From Malacoraja senta (lineage: Eukaryota), in contig JAXLNO010000304.1 in NCBI GenBank assembly GCA_038087875.1, forward strand, positions 1 to 61,470: a stretch of DNA of 61,470 bases, in the 5' to 3' direction. The notes under the pieces are model-generated. The model ran no database searches, was not told the DNA's origin, and worked only from the letters and a program-made list of their open reading frames with translations. This document shows, piece by piece, positions 39,336 to 52,520 of the stretch. The position numbers were made by a program, and so were the translations under genes. The first letter of the stretch is position 1; each line of letters begins with the position of its first letter.

Positions 39336-39870
39336 GGATGCAGGATGAGTAGCAAGGCCAACTTAGTGGTTCCCTTCAAGGTCTGGTTAGGAAGGCAACG
39401 GTCTGGTTAGATTGCAACACACAGCTGACTGAAGCACAGATAAACAGAGGATGCTTGTAAACAAGGCCAAGGCCAATAACATTGATCATGAAGCAAGACT
39501 CACTTTATGACACCCATTTACTGAGCAAATGGAAGAATGGTTCCCTGAACACAGGAGTAAAGTCGAGCATCAGCTCGAGGTAACTCCAACAGAGAAGAAA
39601 CAAAGATCAAAGACTGCAACGAAAAGTGTGTATGGTGAATTATTGCAAAAATGTAAACTCTTCACGTTCCCATCGAGCTGTGATCAGTGTACTGGGCTGT
39701 AAACGTGTGAATCGGTGAAGCATTTTGGGTGGCCGCAGGTGTATCGCAATGTCTACTGACAAGGCCTGAATACACCGGTTTCTTAGAGAAGCTCAGAGAT
39801 TCTGAGACTTAATCAGGTTCAGTCACCTGTTAAAGTCCATAAACATTGTTCTAATCTTGGTAACCCTTAT

Positions 39871-40174
39871 GGGGCTGTCCCACTGTACGAGCTAATTCAA
39901 GAGTTTGGCCTGATTCGAACTCGGAGAATTACGGTAATGGCCGCTCGTAGGTACTCGGGGCTCTCGTGGACACTTTTCAACATGTTGAAAAATCTTCCCG
40001 AGTCTTCCAGAGCTTACTGCATTTCCCGAGTACCTGCCGTTAGCGTTACGAGCCGCTAAGAGACGTCCCCGAGCTCCGACGTACCCGCTACGTACGTTCT
40101 ACGAGCTTACAAGTTTGATTTTTTTTTTAAACTCGGGAGAGCTCTTGAATTGGTTCGTATAGTGGGACAGCCCC
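39871..40174. mobile_element. 304 bp MITE with ~33 bp TIRs
   Basis: ggggctgtcccactgtacgagctaattcaagag ... ctcttgaattggttcgtatagtgggacagcccc; flanks ttat/ttaa; internal 18 bp palindrome at 39974-39991. Confidence 0.85.
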
Positions 40175-40496
40175 TTAACCCTCACCCTTACCCCCCTCCC
40201 CCCTCACCGTCAGCTGCTTCTTTAACACAACCATTTCTCCGTGGTGAGTTCCCATTGTAGGAGCGGGCGGATTGTCCAAGTAATAAAGGCTGAGCGTTAG
40301 AGCGTTGGTCGGGGCAACAAGTCACACTGGTAATCTTCATCACTTCCCAGCTCATTAATTAAAACATGCTCCTGCCTCGGGAAAGTGCTTCATTGTTTTA
40401 ACATAATGAAAATCATTTTGACAAATTAATTTTACAGGATTATTTAAGTTTATAGATGAAGTAAGGATCGGGTTAAGTGGTTAAGGAATCACTTGG

Positions 40497-40652
40497 TAGA
40501 CAAAAATGCTGGAGAAACTCAGCAGGTGAGGCAGCATCTATGGAGCGAGGGCCTATTTCCTTCGCTCCATAGATGCTGCCTCACCCGCTGAGTTTCTCCA
40601 GCATTTTTGTCTACCTTCGATTTTCCAGCATCTGCAGTTCCTTCTTAAACAT
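40497..40652. mobile_element. Short Penelope-like insertion with inverted 5' part and TSD
   Basis: TSD ggaatcacttgg at 40485-40496 and 40653-40664. Confidence 0.85.
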
Positions 40653-40885
40653 GGAATCACTTGGAGTGTGTTTGTGCTTAAATCAGTGCACCTCACTCTA
40701 GTTTAGTTTGGAGATACAGCACGGAAACAGGCCCTCCGGCCCTCCGAGTCCGCACCTACCAGCGATCCCCACACACACTAGTGACAATTTACACTTAAGC
40801 CAATTAACCTACAAACCTGTACGTTTTTAAAGAGTGTGGGAGGAATCCGAACATCTCAGAGAAAACCCACGCGGTCATGGGGAGA

Positions 40886-41496
40886 ACATAGAAACATAGA
40901 AAATAGGTGCAGGAGTAGGCCATTCGGCCCTTCGAGCCTGCACCGCCATTCAATGTGATCATGGCTGATCATCCAACTCAGTTTCCTGTACCTGCTTTTT
41001 CTCCATACCCACTGATCCCTTTAGCCACAAGGGCCACATCTAACTCCCTCTTAAATATAGCCAATGAACTGGCCTCAACTACATTCTGTGGCAGAGAATT
41101 CCAGAGATTCACCACTCTCTGTGTAAATTTTTTTTTTCTCATCTCAGTCCTAAAAGATTTCCCCTTTATCCTTAAACTGTGACCCCTTGTTCTGGACTCC
41201 CCCAACATCGGGAACAATCTTCCTGCATCTAGCCTGTCCAACCCCTTAAGAATTTTGTAAGTTTCTATAAGATCCTCCCTCAGTCTTCTAAATTCCAGCG
41301 AGTACAAGCCGAGTCTATCCAGTCTTTCCTCATATGAAAGTCCTGCCATCCCAGGAATCAGTCTGGTGAACCTTCTCTGTACTCCCTCTATGGCAAGAAT
41401 GTCTTTCCTCAGATAAGGAGACCAAAACTGTACGCAATACTCCAGGTGTGGTCTCACCAAGACCCTGTACAACTGCAGTAGAACCTCCCTGCTCCT
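40886..41496 (-). mobile_element. CR1 3' fragment inserted into a V-SINE (SINE halves ~40698-40888 and ~41497-41585)
   Basis: SINE sequence ggggagaac|gtacaaactcc is split by the CR1. Confidence 0.85.
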
Positions 41497-41809
41497 ACGT
41501 ACAAACTCCGTACAGACAGCAAACATAGTCGGGATCGAACCCGGGTCTCCGGCGCTGTGAGGCAGCAGCTCTACCCGCTGCACCACCCGTGTGTATGGGG
41601 GGTCTGGCCTACAGACCCCCTTATATCTTTCCCAAGATAGTCACGGTGCTGGCGGGGGGGGGGGGGGGGGGGGCCTGTTTCCGCGCTATATCTCTAAATC
41701 CTTTCCAGAAGATTGTGTAACATAGTCGGCACACTTCGTCTCGTTAACTTGCGCATAGATTCAGCAGCCCAGCTAGAGCTGGCAGGTTGGTTAACAGGGA
41801 GAATGGGAT

Positions 41810-42633
41810 AATGTGGATAAATGTGAGGTTATCCACTTTGGTGGCAAAAACAGGAAAGTAGACTATTATCTAAATGGTGGCCGATTAGGAAAAGGGGAGA
41901 TGCAACGAGACCTGGGTGTCATGGTACACCAGTCATTGAAAGTAGGCATGCAGGTGCAGCAGGCAGTGAAGAAAGCGAATGGTATGTTAGCATTCATAGC
42001 AAAAGGATTTGAGTATAGGAGCAGGGAGGTTCTACTGCAGTTGTACAGGGTCTTGGTGAGACCACACCTGGAGTATTGCGTACAGTTTTGGTCTCCAAAT
42101 CTGAGGAAGGACATTATAGCCATAGAGTGAGTGCAGAGAAGGTTCACCAGACTGATTCCTGGGATGTCAGGTCTTTCATATGAAGAAAGACTGGATAGAC
42201 TTGGCTTATACTCGCTAGAATTTAGGAGATTGAGAGGGGGATCTTATAGAAACGTACAAAATCTTATGGGGTTGGACAGGCTAGATGCAGGAAGATTGTT
42301 CCCGATGTTGGGGAAGTCCAGAACAAGGGGTCACAGTTTAAGGATAAGGGGAAAATCTTTTAGGACTGAGATGAGGAAAACATTTTTCACACAGAGAGTG
42401 GTGAATCTTTGGAATTCTCTGCCACAGAGGGTAGTTGAGGCCAGTTCATTGGCTATATTTAAGAGGGAGTTAGATGTGGCCCTTGTGGCTAAGGGGATCA
42501 GGGGGTATGGAGAGAAGGCAGGTACGGGATACTGAGTTGGATGATCAGCCATGATCATATTGAATGGCGGTGCAGGCTCGAAGGGCCGAATGGCCTACTC
42601 CTGCACCTATTTTCTATGTATCTATGTATCTAT
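41810..42633 (+). mobile_element. CR1 3' fragment
   Basis: DKCEVIHFG...RPHLEYCVQFWSP; stop codon and frameshift; tail. Confidence 0.9.
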
Positions 42634-43149
42634 GAGAAGGACTGCAAGCTAACTCAATTAGTCTCGACTTTCCTGAAGAACAGGTCACTCCAGTTTTCAG
42701 ATCCTTCGTTTGACTGAGGAACTGGAGATGCTGCTCATTTGATCCATAAAATGCAGATCAATTAAACCCAGCAGAAATGCCCAGATACGTAAAGGGCTGG
42801 AGTGAAATTCACTGTGAACTGAGGAAGGTTGCCAAAGTATCAATGCTCAATTAAATAAAGCATTAATCGTGCCTTCACTATTTAGTAACAAGGTCTCTGA
42901 CCCCTTCCCTGCCTCATCAGGCATTAATGTGCAGTATTGATTTGTATCAGAACCGTTCAAAATATCCCCAGCCATCCAAATGGAAGAGTTCAGGAAGGAA
43001 CTGCAGATGCTGGTTTAAACCAAGATCGACACAAAATGCTGGAGTAACTCAGCGGGACAGGCAGCGTCTCTGGAGAGAAGGAATGGGCGACGTTTCTGGT
43101 CGAGACCCTTCTTCAGACTGATGTCAGGGATAAGGGAAACGAGAGAAAG

Positions 43150-43457
43150 GGCACGATGGCACAGCAGTAGGGTTGCCGCCTTGCAGCGGCAGAGGCCCGG
43201 GTTCGATCCTGACTATGGGTGCTGTCTGTATGGAGTTTGTACGTTCTCCCCGTGACCTGCGTGGGTTTTCTCCGAGATCTTCGGTTTCCTCCCACACTCC
43301 AAAGGTTTGTAGGTTAATTGGCTTGGTAAACAGCAAATGCATGAATGTAAAATTGTCCCAAGTGTGTGTGGGATAGTGTTAGTGTGCGGGGATCGCTGGT
43401 CGGTGCGGACTTGGGCCGAAGGGCCTGTTTCCGCGCTGTATCTCTAAACTAAACTAT
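43150..43457 (+). mobile_element. V-SINE (HE1-like)
   Basis: B box, V-domain, tail. Confidence 0.85.
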
Positions 43458-44965
43458 ACACCCGGCTAGTGCGAGCTGGCAGCTCTTGAACTGGCGTCGA
43501 GCTGAGTGAGTCACATCCTGCCTCTGCCACACCGTTAACTAATATTTTCAAACAAGCAAATTAAATCACTTTAAAAAGACAGCTTTCGAGTATCTAATTA
43601 TCCGATCACCTCTGAGTATATAATTGGCCCTCGACAACGATGAGCCATGACAGAACTGCCTGCCCAGTGGTGTGCAGGGAGGGAGCAATAGAGCAGATGT
43701 GGAGAGGATGTTTTCCAATAGCGGGAGTCTAGGACTAGAGGGCACAGCCTCAGAATTAAAGGATGGTTCTTTAAGAAGGAGATGAGGAGGAATTTCTTTA
43801 GTCAGAGGGTGGTGAATCTGTGGGATTCTTTGCCACAGATGGCTGTGGAGACCAAGTCAGTGGATATTTTTAAGGCAGAGATAGATAGATTCTTGATTAG
43901 TACGGGTGTCAGGGGTTATGGGGAGAAGGCAGGAGAATGGGGTTAGGAGGGAGAAATAGATCAGCCACGATTGAATGGGACCCGTAAATAGACACAAAAT
44001 GCTGGAGTAACTCAGCGGGACAGGCAGCATCTCTGGAGAGTAGGAATGGGTGACATTTTGGGTCGAGTCCCTTCTTCTGATCGTCGCACCTACAGTCAGG
44101 ATGGAAGCCGTGTCTCTGGCGTTGTAAGGCAGCAACTCTACCGCTGTGCCACCGTGCTTATCTGCTGAGCAAGCAAACCCGATGATAACCAGAAATGGCT
44201 TCTGCTGAAGACACACGTTTAAAGAATTAAAAATGTAAAGAATATATATATTTTTAAATATCTAAAAAAAAATGTTCAAAGAATTAAACATTTAAAATTA
44301 GTCTGAAGGGTCTCGACCCGAAACGTCACCTATTCCTTCGCTCCATAGATGCTGCCTCACCCGCTGAGTTTCTCCAGCATTTTTGTCTACCTTCGATTTT
44401 TCCAGCATCTTCAGTTCCTTCTTAAACGTTTAAATAATATGTGCTTACATAGAACTGAGGGAACTTACGTTTAAGACACAGAAAAGCAATAGGGAACGTG
44501 GTGCATCCACGGCCATCAGGAAACGTTACGCCTAGCATGAGATCAAAGTAAATGGCTTACTGTTGCCTTGTCCAACCACAAGCTGAGAACATTTGATTTC
44601 AGCAAAAAGCAGAGGAAGAAACTGATAAGGATTAGGGAAAGTCGACTACAAAAGGAAATGCAGAGAGAAACACAATTAAAAAAACACAGAAGCTCCAAGT
44701 ATGTAAAAGAAAATATTATCCTCAATTAATATTTGTTTAATTTAGGAAGGAACTGCAGATAGACACAAGTTACACTGAAGACAGACACAAAATGCTGGAG
44801 TAACTCAGAGCGGGACAGGGCAGCATCTGTGGAGAGAAGGAATGGGTGCTGTTTCGGGTCGAGACCCATCTTCAGATTCCAGAAACTTCTTCAGTCTGAA
44901 GAACGGTTCCGAACTGAAACGTCACCTATTCCTTTTCTCCACAGATGCTGCCTGACTCGCTGAGC

Positions 44966-45296
44966 ATTTAGTTTAGTTTAGTGACTCAGCATGGAAACAA
45001 GTCCTTGGCCCCACCGAGTCACCGCCGACCATCCACCACCGGATCACACTAGTTCTATGTTATCCCACTTTCTCATCCACTCCCTACACACTAGAGGGGC
45101 AATTTGCAGAGGGACAATTAACCTACAAACCCGCACATCTCCGGGATGTGGGAGGAAGCCGGAGCACCCGGAGAAAACCCACGTGGTCACAGGGATAACC
45201 GTGCAAACTCCACACCAAACAGCACCCGAGGTCAGGATGGAACCCTGGTCTCTGACGCTGTGAGGCAGCAGCTCTACCCGCTGCGCCACCGTGCCC
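44966..45296 (-). mobile_element. V-SINE (older subfamily)
   Basis: tRNA head, V-domain, divergent tail. Confidence 0.8.
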
Positions 45297-46361
45297 CAAT
45301 TGGACCCGTCGGCCTTTTACAGAAAGATAAATTCACAAAATGAAGCAAATCATCTTTGTGGCTTCACTCAGAAAAACAGCGTACACAAGCCTCGAGGGAA
45401 AGAAATCAGCATTAAAAATAAAAAAAACATGTGGAGAAATGAATGGGATTGGAAGACAATAAATGCCTTGAAGCCGATAACCTAAATCCACAATTTAGGT
45501 CAAGGTGGCTCTCATAAGGTCATGTGATAGAATTAGGCCATTCAGCCCATCAAGTCTACTCCACCATTCAATCATGGCTGATCTATCTCTCCCTCTCAAC
45601 CCCATTCTCCTGCCTTCTCCCCATTAACCCAACACCCATATTAATCAAGAATCTGTCTATCTCTGCCTTAAATATATCCACTTGGCCTCCACAGCCTCCT
45701 GTGGCAAAGAATTCCACTGATTCACCACCCTCCGACTAAAGAAATTCCTTCTCATCTCCTACCTGAAGGAACGTTCTTTAATTTTGAGGCTGTGGCCTCT
45801 GGTCCTAGACTCTCCCACTAGTGGAAACTCAGCGGATCACACTCTCAACTCTACAACAGTTCCGAGAGATCGAAGGGAGCAAGTGAACCCTTTAACGAAG
45901 AGAAACAAATGTACCAGCGTGGACCATGAGCCAGCGACCAGTTGCAGGGAAGCTACCAGCGTCTATTATTAAGGAAATGGGAGCTTAACTCTTTGAAAAT
46001 GATCATAGCATTGGGCACAGTCAACAAGGCTTTGTGTGTGACAAATCTATAAAGAGACTGATGAGACTGTGACTTGCGAATAAATAACCAGTGGAAATGA
46101 TGCATTAAACGTCTCAGAAGGCCATCAGGAAATTGTTACGAGTGCATTAAACAGCGGAGGCCCGTGGGTGGGATAAAGTGGCCTGTCCTGAGGCCTGGGT
46201 GGACTGAGGTTTGTAAACAAAATCAAAGGCACTGTGGCGCAGCGTAGAGTTGCTGCCTCACGGCGGTTTGATCCCGACTGTCTGTACGAGTTTGTACGTT
46301 CCCCCACCCCCCCCCCCCCCCCCCCCCTCCTGTGACCTGAGTGGGTTTTCTCCGGGTGTTT

Positions 46362-46660
46362 TGTTTGGTTTAGTTTAGTTTAGAGATACAGCGCAGAAAC
46401 AGGCCCTTCGGCCCACCGAGTCCGCACCGACCAGCAATCCCCGCACACTAACACTATCCTGCACCCACTTGGGACAATTTTACATTTACACCAAGCCAAT
46501 TAACCTACAAACCTGCACGTCTTTGGAGTGTGGGAGGGAAACCGAAGATATCGGAGAAAACCCACGCAGGTCACGGGAGAACGTACAAACTCCGTACAGA
46601 CAGCACCCATGGTCAGGATGGAACCCGGGTCTCTGGCGCTGTGAGGCAGCAACTCTAACC
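46362..46660 (-). mobile_element. V-SINE (HE1-like)
   Basis: Tail, V-domain and B box. Confidence 0.85.
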
Positions 46661-47019
46661 GGTATTTTCCCTGTGTCTGGTCACCAGCTCATGGACCCAT
46701 GTTCCTACTTTTCTTTCTCTCTCCTCTCTTCAATCGAGGACCACACTTGCTCCCTACGATCGATCACTCGGAACTGTTGTGTGGTGGATGAAATGTTGGA
46801 AGGCGAGACCCACCTGGACCCAAGTTGTGGATTCAGGTCCTGGGCTTCAAGCGGGGATTTGCATCATTGTCCAAGCAGACAATGTCCAAGCTGCTGGGGT
46901 CGGCTGGGCTGAGAGCTGCTGGTGACAAACAGGGAGATAACACGGGAGGGAGCAGCTGGAATCAGCGCTCGAGAGATGCCACAGTGATAACGCAGTGACT
47001 GTGGCTGATCTTTGTCAAG

Positions 47020-47367
47020 TGGGAGGAATAGATCGGGTAGACAGACGCACAGAGTCTCTTGCCCAGAGTAGGGGAATCGAGGACCAGAGGACATAGGTTC
47101 AAGGTGAAGGGGAAGCTAATAGGAATCTGAAGAGGTAACTTTTTCACACAAAGGGTGGTGGGTGTATCGAACAAGCTGCCAGAGGAGGTAGTTGAGGCTG
47201 GGACTATCCCAATGTTTAAGAAACAGTTAGACAGGGACATGGATAGGACAGGCTTGGAGGGATATGGACCAAATGAGGGCAGGTGGGACTAGTGCAGCTG
47301 GGACATGTTGGCTGGTGTGGGCAAGTTGGGCCGAAGGGCCTGTTTCCACTCTGTATCACTCTGTGAC
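47020..47367 (+). mobile_element. CR1/HER1-type 3' fragment
   Basis: Same family as 240-570 and 34885-35470. Confidence 0.85.
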
Positions 47368-47437
47368 TTTAAGCGATTGCCCCAGTAAAGCCCCATTCAT
47401 TAGTTGCCACATTGAGTACATTCACCATAAAATAGTC

Positions 47438-47443
47438 TTTAAT
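47438..47443 (-). promoter_or_regulatory. Possible polyadenylation signal ATTAAA of TRAPPC6
   Basis: ATTAAA on the minus strand ~140 nt past the stop codon, before the next CR1 copy. Confidence 0.35.
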
Positions 47444-47580
47444 TCATTTCCACCCCAAGTCCCCCACTGAGCGACGAACTACAGCAACTATACAGGGAAG
47501 GGTAAGGCACAAGCCTGCCTGCAGCTACATCCAAGCTTCATTGCTCCCACGTAGGTCCCTGTCCAGCCACGCGCAGAGGC

Positions 47581-47612
47581 CTAGGATGCCTGGATCACAA
47601 TGTGAAATTTAC
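47581..47612 (-). CDS. TRAPPC6A: TRAPPC6 exon 6, (C)KFHIVIQAS-stop
   Basis: Acceptor cttctctctattccag; phase matches exon 5; TAG stop; total CDS 84+68+118+84+94+32=480 nt = 159 aa plus stop. Confidence 0.9.
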
Positions 47613-47778
47613 CTGGAATAGAGAGAAGCAAAGTTATCGAGGTTTCATTCGGGAATCCAGGTATAGAGAACGCGCGAAGGGGAGAGGCGTACAGAATGAG
47701 AGAGAGAGAGAGAAAGGGGGAAGGGAGAAGAGAGGATAAAACCCTATGGCCAGCAGGCTGTGTAGCATTTCCTCTTGT

Positions 47779-48239
47779 TTATGAAAGAACTGCAGATACT
47801 GGTAAATCGAAGGTAGACACAAAATGCTGGAGTAACCGGTTGTTACCCTACTTAACTCTGCGCCTTGGTGATTGCCAGTCACCCCCCCCCCGGGCACTCC
47901 TTCCCCCAGTGACTGATCTCCCCCCCCCCCCTCCCCAAAAATTGCACTACTGCTACTGAATATACATATATATATTTACTGTTCTACTATCCTGTGTTCG
48001 CACGTCTGGGTGAGATGCTAACTGTCTCTGTATTTGTACACTGCACAATGACAATAAAGTTTGAATCTGAATCTGAATCTAACTCAGCGGGTCAGTTATG
48101 GAGAGAAGGAATTGGCGACAATTCGGGTCGAGACCCTTCTTAAGTCTGAAGAAAAGTCTTGACCCAAAACGTCGCCAATTCCTTCTCTCCATAGATGCTG
48201 CCTCACCCGCTGAGTTACTCCAGCATTTTGTGACTAGCC
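47779..48239. mobile_element. Penelope-like palindromic insertion with nested LINE tail, in TRAPPC6 intron 5
   Basis: TSD agcatttcctcttgt at 47764-47778 and 48240-48254; nested piece ends gacaataaagtt(tgaatc)n. Confidence 0.75.
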
Positions 48240-48867
48240 AGCATTTCCTCTTGTCAGTCGACATAAATGTACCATTAATTATAAAGTGATAGTCACCCAG
48301 CGTGGAAACAGGCCCTTCAGCCCAACTTGCCCATGCTGACCAACATGTCCAATCTACACTAGTCCCACTTGCCAATGTTGGGCCTATATCCCTCTAAACC
48401 TATCCTACCCATATACGTCGCGACAATACCTGCCTCAACTGCCACCTCCGGCAGCTTGTTCCATACACCCACCACCCTTTCTGTAAAAAGGTTACCCCTC
48501 AGGTTCCTATTAAACCAACCCCCCTCACCTTAAACCCACGTTGTCTGGTTCTAGATTCCCCCACTCTGGGCACGAGTCTCAGTGCGTCTATTCTGCTCAT
48601 GATCTTGTACACCCCTCTCAGATCAGCCCTCATCCTCCATGTTCTCCAGAATGCTGCTTGACCCGCTGAGTTCCTCCTGCACTTTGTGTCTGTCTTACTG
48701 TCTTATTTACATGCGTTGTCACCCAGTAAATAAAGCCAGTGTTTTAATGGAAAGCTGCAGGTCTCTGTGTTAAGTCACTGTTTCCGCCCCTTGCCCTTAC
48801 ACCCAAACTGGTAAAACCTCAGGAGGCTTTTAGTTTACATTTGTACGTGGGGAATAACTGGAGATAT

Positions 48868-49168
48868 TTAGTTTATCTAGAGATACAGCGTGGAAACAGG
48901 CCCTTCGGCCCGAGTCCACACCGACCAGCGATCCCCGATTAGCGCTACCTACACACACTACGGATAATTTACATTTGTGCCCAGCCAATTAACCTGCAAA
49001 CCTGCACGTCTTTGGAGTGTGGGAGGAAACCGGAGCACCCGGAGAAAACCCACGCAGGTCACGGGGAGAACGTGCAAACTCCGTACAGACAGCACCCGTG
49101 GTTAGGATCGAACCCGAGTCTCTGGCGCTGTGAGGCAGCAACTCTACCACTGCGCCACCGTGCCGCCC
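48868..49168 (-). mobile_element. V-SINE (HE1-like), intronic
   Basis: Full head, V-domain and tail. Confidence 0.88.
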
Positions 49169-50460
49169 TTAAGTAAGGCTCGATCATTACTTGTTGGAAA
49201 TGGTGAGCTGATCATTGTGGATTTATGCGTTTGATTGTTTGAAGGGACGTGACTTGAAGCTGCCTCGCCATAGCTGGAAGCAGCTCGTGTGCTGACACCA
49301 CCACCTGGTGGCAACACCCGGTGCTGCACTGCCCCTTCCAGTCCAGTGTGGGAAGGAACTGCAGATGCTGGTTTAAACCCAAGATAGATGCAAAAATGCT
49401 GGAGTAACTCAGCGGGTCAGGCAGCATCTCTGGAGAAAAGGAACAGGTGACATTTTGGGTCGAGACCTTGAACTAGTTACTCCAGCTTTTAGTGATGCTG
49501 CCTGACCCGCTGAGTTACTCCAGAATTTTTCCGTCTCTCTTCGGTGTAAAGTAGCATCTGCAGTTCCTTCCTAAACATTTTGTCTGCCCCACTGCGAAAC
49601 CCCCTTAAGGTACTTTGATGAAGTTCTCCTCCTCTCTCGAGTCTGAAGAAGGGTCTCGACCCAAAACGTAACCTATTCCTTTTCTCCAGAGATGTTGCCC
49701 GACTCACTGAATAACCGCGACAATCCAGTGCTCCTGCACTTTATCCAGCAGGGGGAGAGGCCATTCGGCCCGTTATCTCTCACCTCCCCCCACCCTCACC
49801 CACCCACAGTATGATTTTACTGGGCTGTGCGCAAAACAAAGCATTTGAGTGAGGCAGTGGGTGAGGAAGGATTGATGTGGGCAGTATCATCAAGGACCCA
49901 CACCATCCTGGCCACACACTCATCTCCCTGCTACATAGAAACATAGAAAATAGGTGCAGGTGTAGGCCATTCGGCCCTTCGAGCCAGCACCACCATTCAA
50001 TATGATCATGGCTGATCATCCAACTCAGTATCCTGTACCTGCCTTCTCTCCATTCCCCCTGATCCCATTAGCCACAAGGGCCACATCTAACTCCCTCTTA
50101 AATATAGCCAATGAACTGGCCTCAACTACCTTCTGTGGCAACTACCTTCTGTGGCTTCTACCTTCAGGTAGAAGGTACAGGAGCCTGAAGACTGCAACGA
50201 CCAGGTTCAGGAATAGCTACTTCCCCACAGCCATCAGGCTATTAAACCTGCCTCGGACAAAACTCTGAACATTAATAGCCCATTATGTTATTTACACTTT
50301 ATCAGTTTATTTATTCATGTGTGTATATATTTATATAATGGTATATGGACACACTGATCTGTTCTGTATTCATGCCTATTATATTCTGTTGTGCTGCAGC
50401 AAGCAAGAATTTAATTAACTCTCTTGAATCTAGAAGCCAATGTGACCTGTAGCCACTCAC

Positions 50461-50554
50461 ATGCTGGCAGTGCAGACACCTCGGCCGTAACTGCGCTGTC
50501 AATTCCCAGATTGGACAAGGCCCCCCTCAGCAGTCCGCAGGTGAACGCCAAGAA
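50461..50554 (-). CDS. TRAPPC6A: TRAPPC6 exon 5, FLAFTCGLLRGALSNLGIDSAVTAEVSALPA(C)
   Basis: Acceptor tttctttgtgtttcag, donor T|gtgagt; 94 nt; conserved LAFTCGLxRGxL motif. Confidence 0.95.
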
Positions 50555-50603
50555 CTGAAACACAAAGAAAACATTCCCAATACAACCTGACATCTAACGT
50601 TCA

Positions 50604-50895
50604 TTTGGAGATACAGCACGGAAACAGGCCGTTCGCCCCACCGAGTCCCTGCCGCCCAGCGATGCCCGTACACCAACACTATCCTACACACACTAGGAAC
50701 AATTTACAATTTTTACCAAAGCCAATTAACCCACAAACCTGCACGTCTTTGGGATGTGGGAGGAAACCGGAGCACCCAGAGAAAGCCCACGCAGTCACAA
50801 GGAGAATGTACAAACTCCGTTACAGACAGTACCCGTAGTCAGGATCGAACCCAGGTGAATGGCAGCAACTCTACCGTTGCACCACTGTGCTGCCC
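50604..50895 (-). mobile_element. V-SINE, intronic
   Basis: Head, V-domain and tail. Confidence 0.8.
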
Positions 50896-50919
50896 TTTAG
50901 GCATTTAGACAAGGTAAGA

Positions 50920-52250
50920 TATAGAAACATAGAAAATAGGTGCCGGAGGCCATTCGGCCCTTCGAGCCAGCACCGCCATTCATTGTGATCATGGCTGATC
51001 GTCCCTAATCAATAACCCGTGCCTGCCTTCTCCCCATATCCCTTGATTCCACTAGCCCCTAGAGCTCTATCTAACTCTCTCTTAAATCCATCCAGTGATT
51101 TGGCCTCCACTGCCCTCTGTGGCAGGGAATTCCACAAATTTACAACTCTCTGGGTGAAAACGTTTTTTCTCACCTCAGTCTTAAATGGCCTCCCCTTTAT
51201 TCTAAGACTGTGGCCCCTGGTTCTGGACTCCACCAACATTGGGAACATTTTTCCTGCATCGAGCTTGTCCAGTCCTTTTATAATTTTATATGTTTCTATA
51301 AGATAACCCCTCATCCTTCTAAACTCCAGTGAATACAAGCCTGGTCTTTTCAAAGACATTCTTGCCATAGAGGGAGTACAGAGAAGGTTCACCAGATTGA
51401 TTCCTGGGATGTAAGGACTTTCATATGAAGAAAGACTGGATAGACTCGGCTTGTACTCGCTAGAATTTAGAAGATTGAGGGGGGATCTTATAGAAACGTA
51501 CAAAATTCTTAAGGGGTTGGACAGGCTAGATGCAGGAAGATTGTTCCCGATGTTGGGGAAGTCCAGGACAAGGGGGCACAGTTTAAGGATTAAGGGGAAA
51601 TCCTTTAGGACCGAGATGAGAAAAACATTTTTCACACAGAGAGTGGTGAATCTCTGGAACTCTCTGCCACAGAAGGTAGTTGAGGCCAGTTCATTGGCTA
51701 TATTTAAGAGGGAGTTAGATGTGGCCCTTGTGGCTAAAGGGATCAGGGGGTATGGAGAGAAGGCAGGTACAGGATACTGAGTTGGATGATCAGCCATGAT
51801 CATATTGAATGGCGGTGCAGGCTCGAAGGGCCGAATGGCCTACTCCTGCACCTATTTTCTATGTTTCTATGTTTCAATCTTTCCTCATATGACAGTCCCG
51901 CCATCCCAGGGATCAATCTTGTGAACCTACGCTGCACTGCCTCAATCACAAGGATGTCCTTCCTCAAATTAGGAGACCAAAACTGTACGCAATACTCCAG
52001 ATGTGGTCTTACCAGAGCCCTATACAACTGCAGAAGAACCTCTCTACTCCTATACTGAAATCCTCTTGTTATGAAGGCCAACATTCCATTAGCTTTCTTC
52101 ACTGCCTGCTGTAGCTGCATGCTGCACGCCAACTTTCAGTGACCGGTGTACAAGGACACCCAGGTCTCGCTGCACCTCCCTTACCTAACATAACCCCATT
52201 GAGATAATAATCTGCCCCCTTGTTTTTGCCACCAAAGCGGATAACCTCAC
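50920..52250 (-). mobile_element. CR1 fragment with nested opposite-strand CR1 (~51351-51873), TRAPPC6 intron 4
   Basis: Minus-strand CR1 resumes after the plus-strand copy's (tctatgtt)n tail; short tttcaa repeat at the junctions. Confidence 0.85.
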
Positions 52251-52520
52251 AATATACCTCATATATCGGATATGGTCCTAATATGGGCCAATGGGTTAGT
52301 GTAGCTGGGCAGAGGGCCAGCATGGACAAGGAGAGTGGGCCGAAGGGCCTTTTCTGTGCTGCCAGACTCCATGACTATCTCTGCCCTTCAGCACTTTGCA
52401 ACTCATCTCTGACCTTCCTGTTCCCAAAGCAGTGTCATTGCCGGCCGATGCAGGGGTACAAACAAGGACAGTCTGCATTACTCTAGTGCCCTGGATCAGA
52501 CACGGAAGGAAGAGAGTTAC

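Noticed and set aside
39655..39700. Third HDV-like ribozyme at TTCACGT
   Set aside because: Flanks cannot form P3, P1 or P2
51009..51803. 264 aa ORF as a host gene
   Set aside because: Antisense of one CR1 fused to the sense strand of another in a nested insertion
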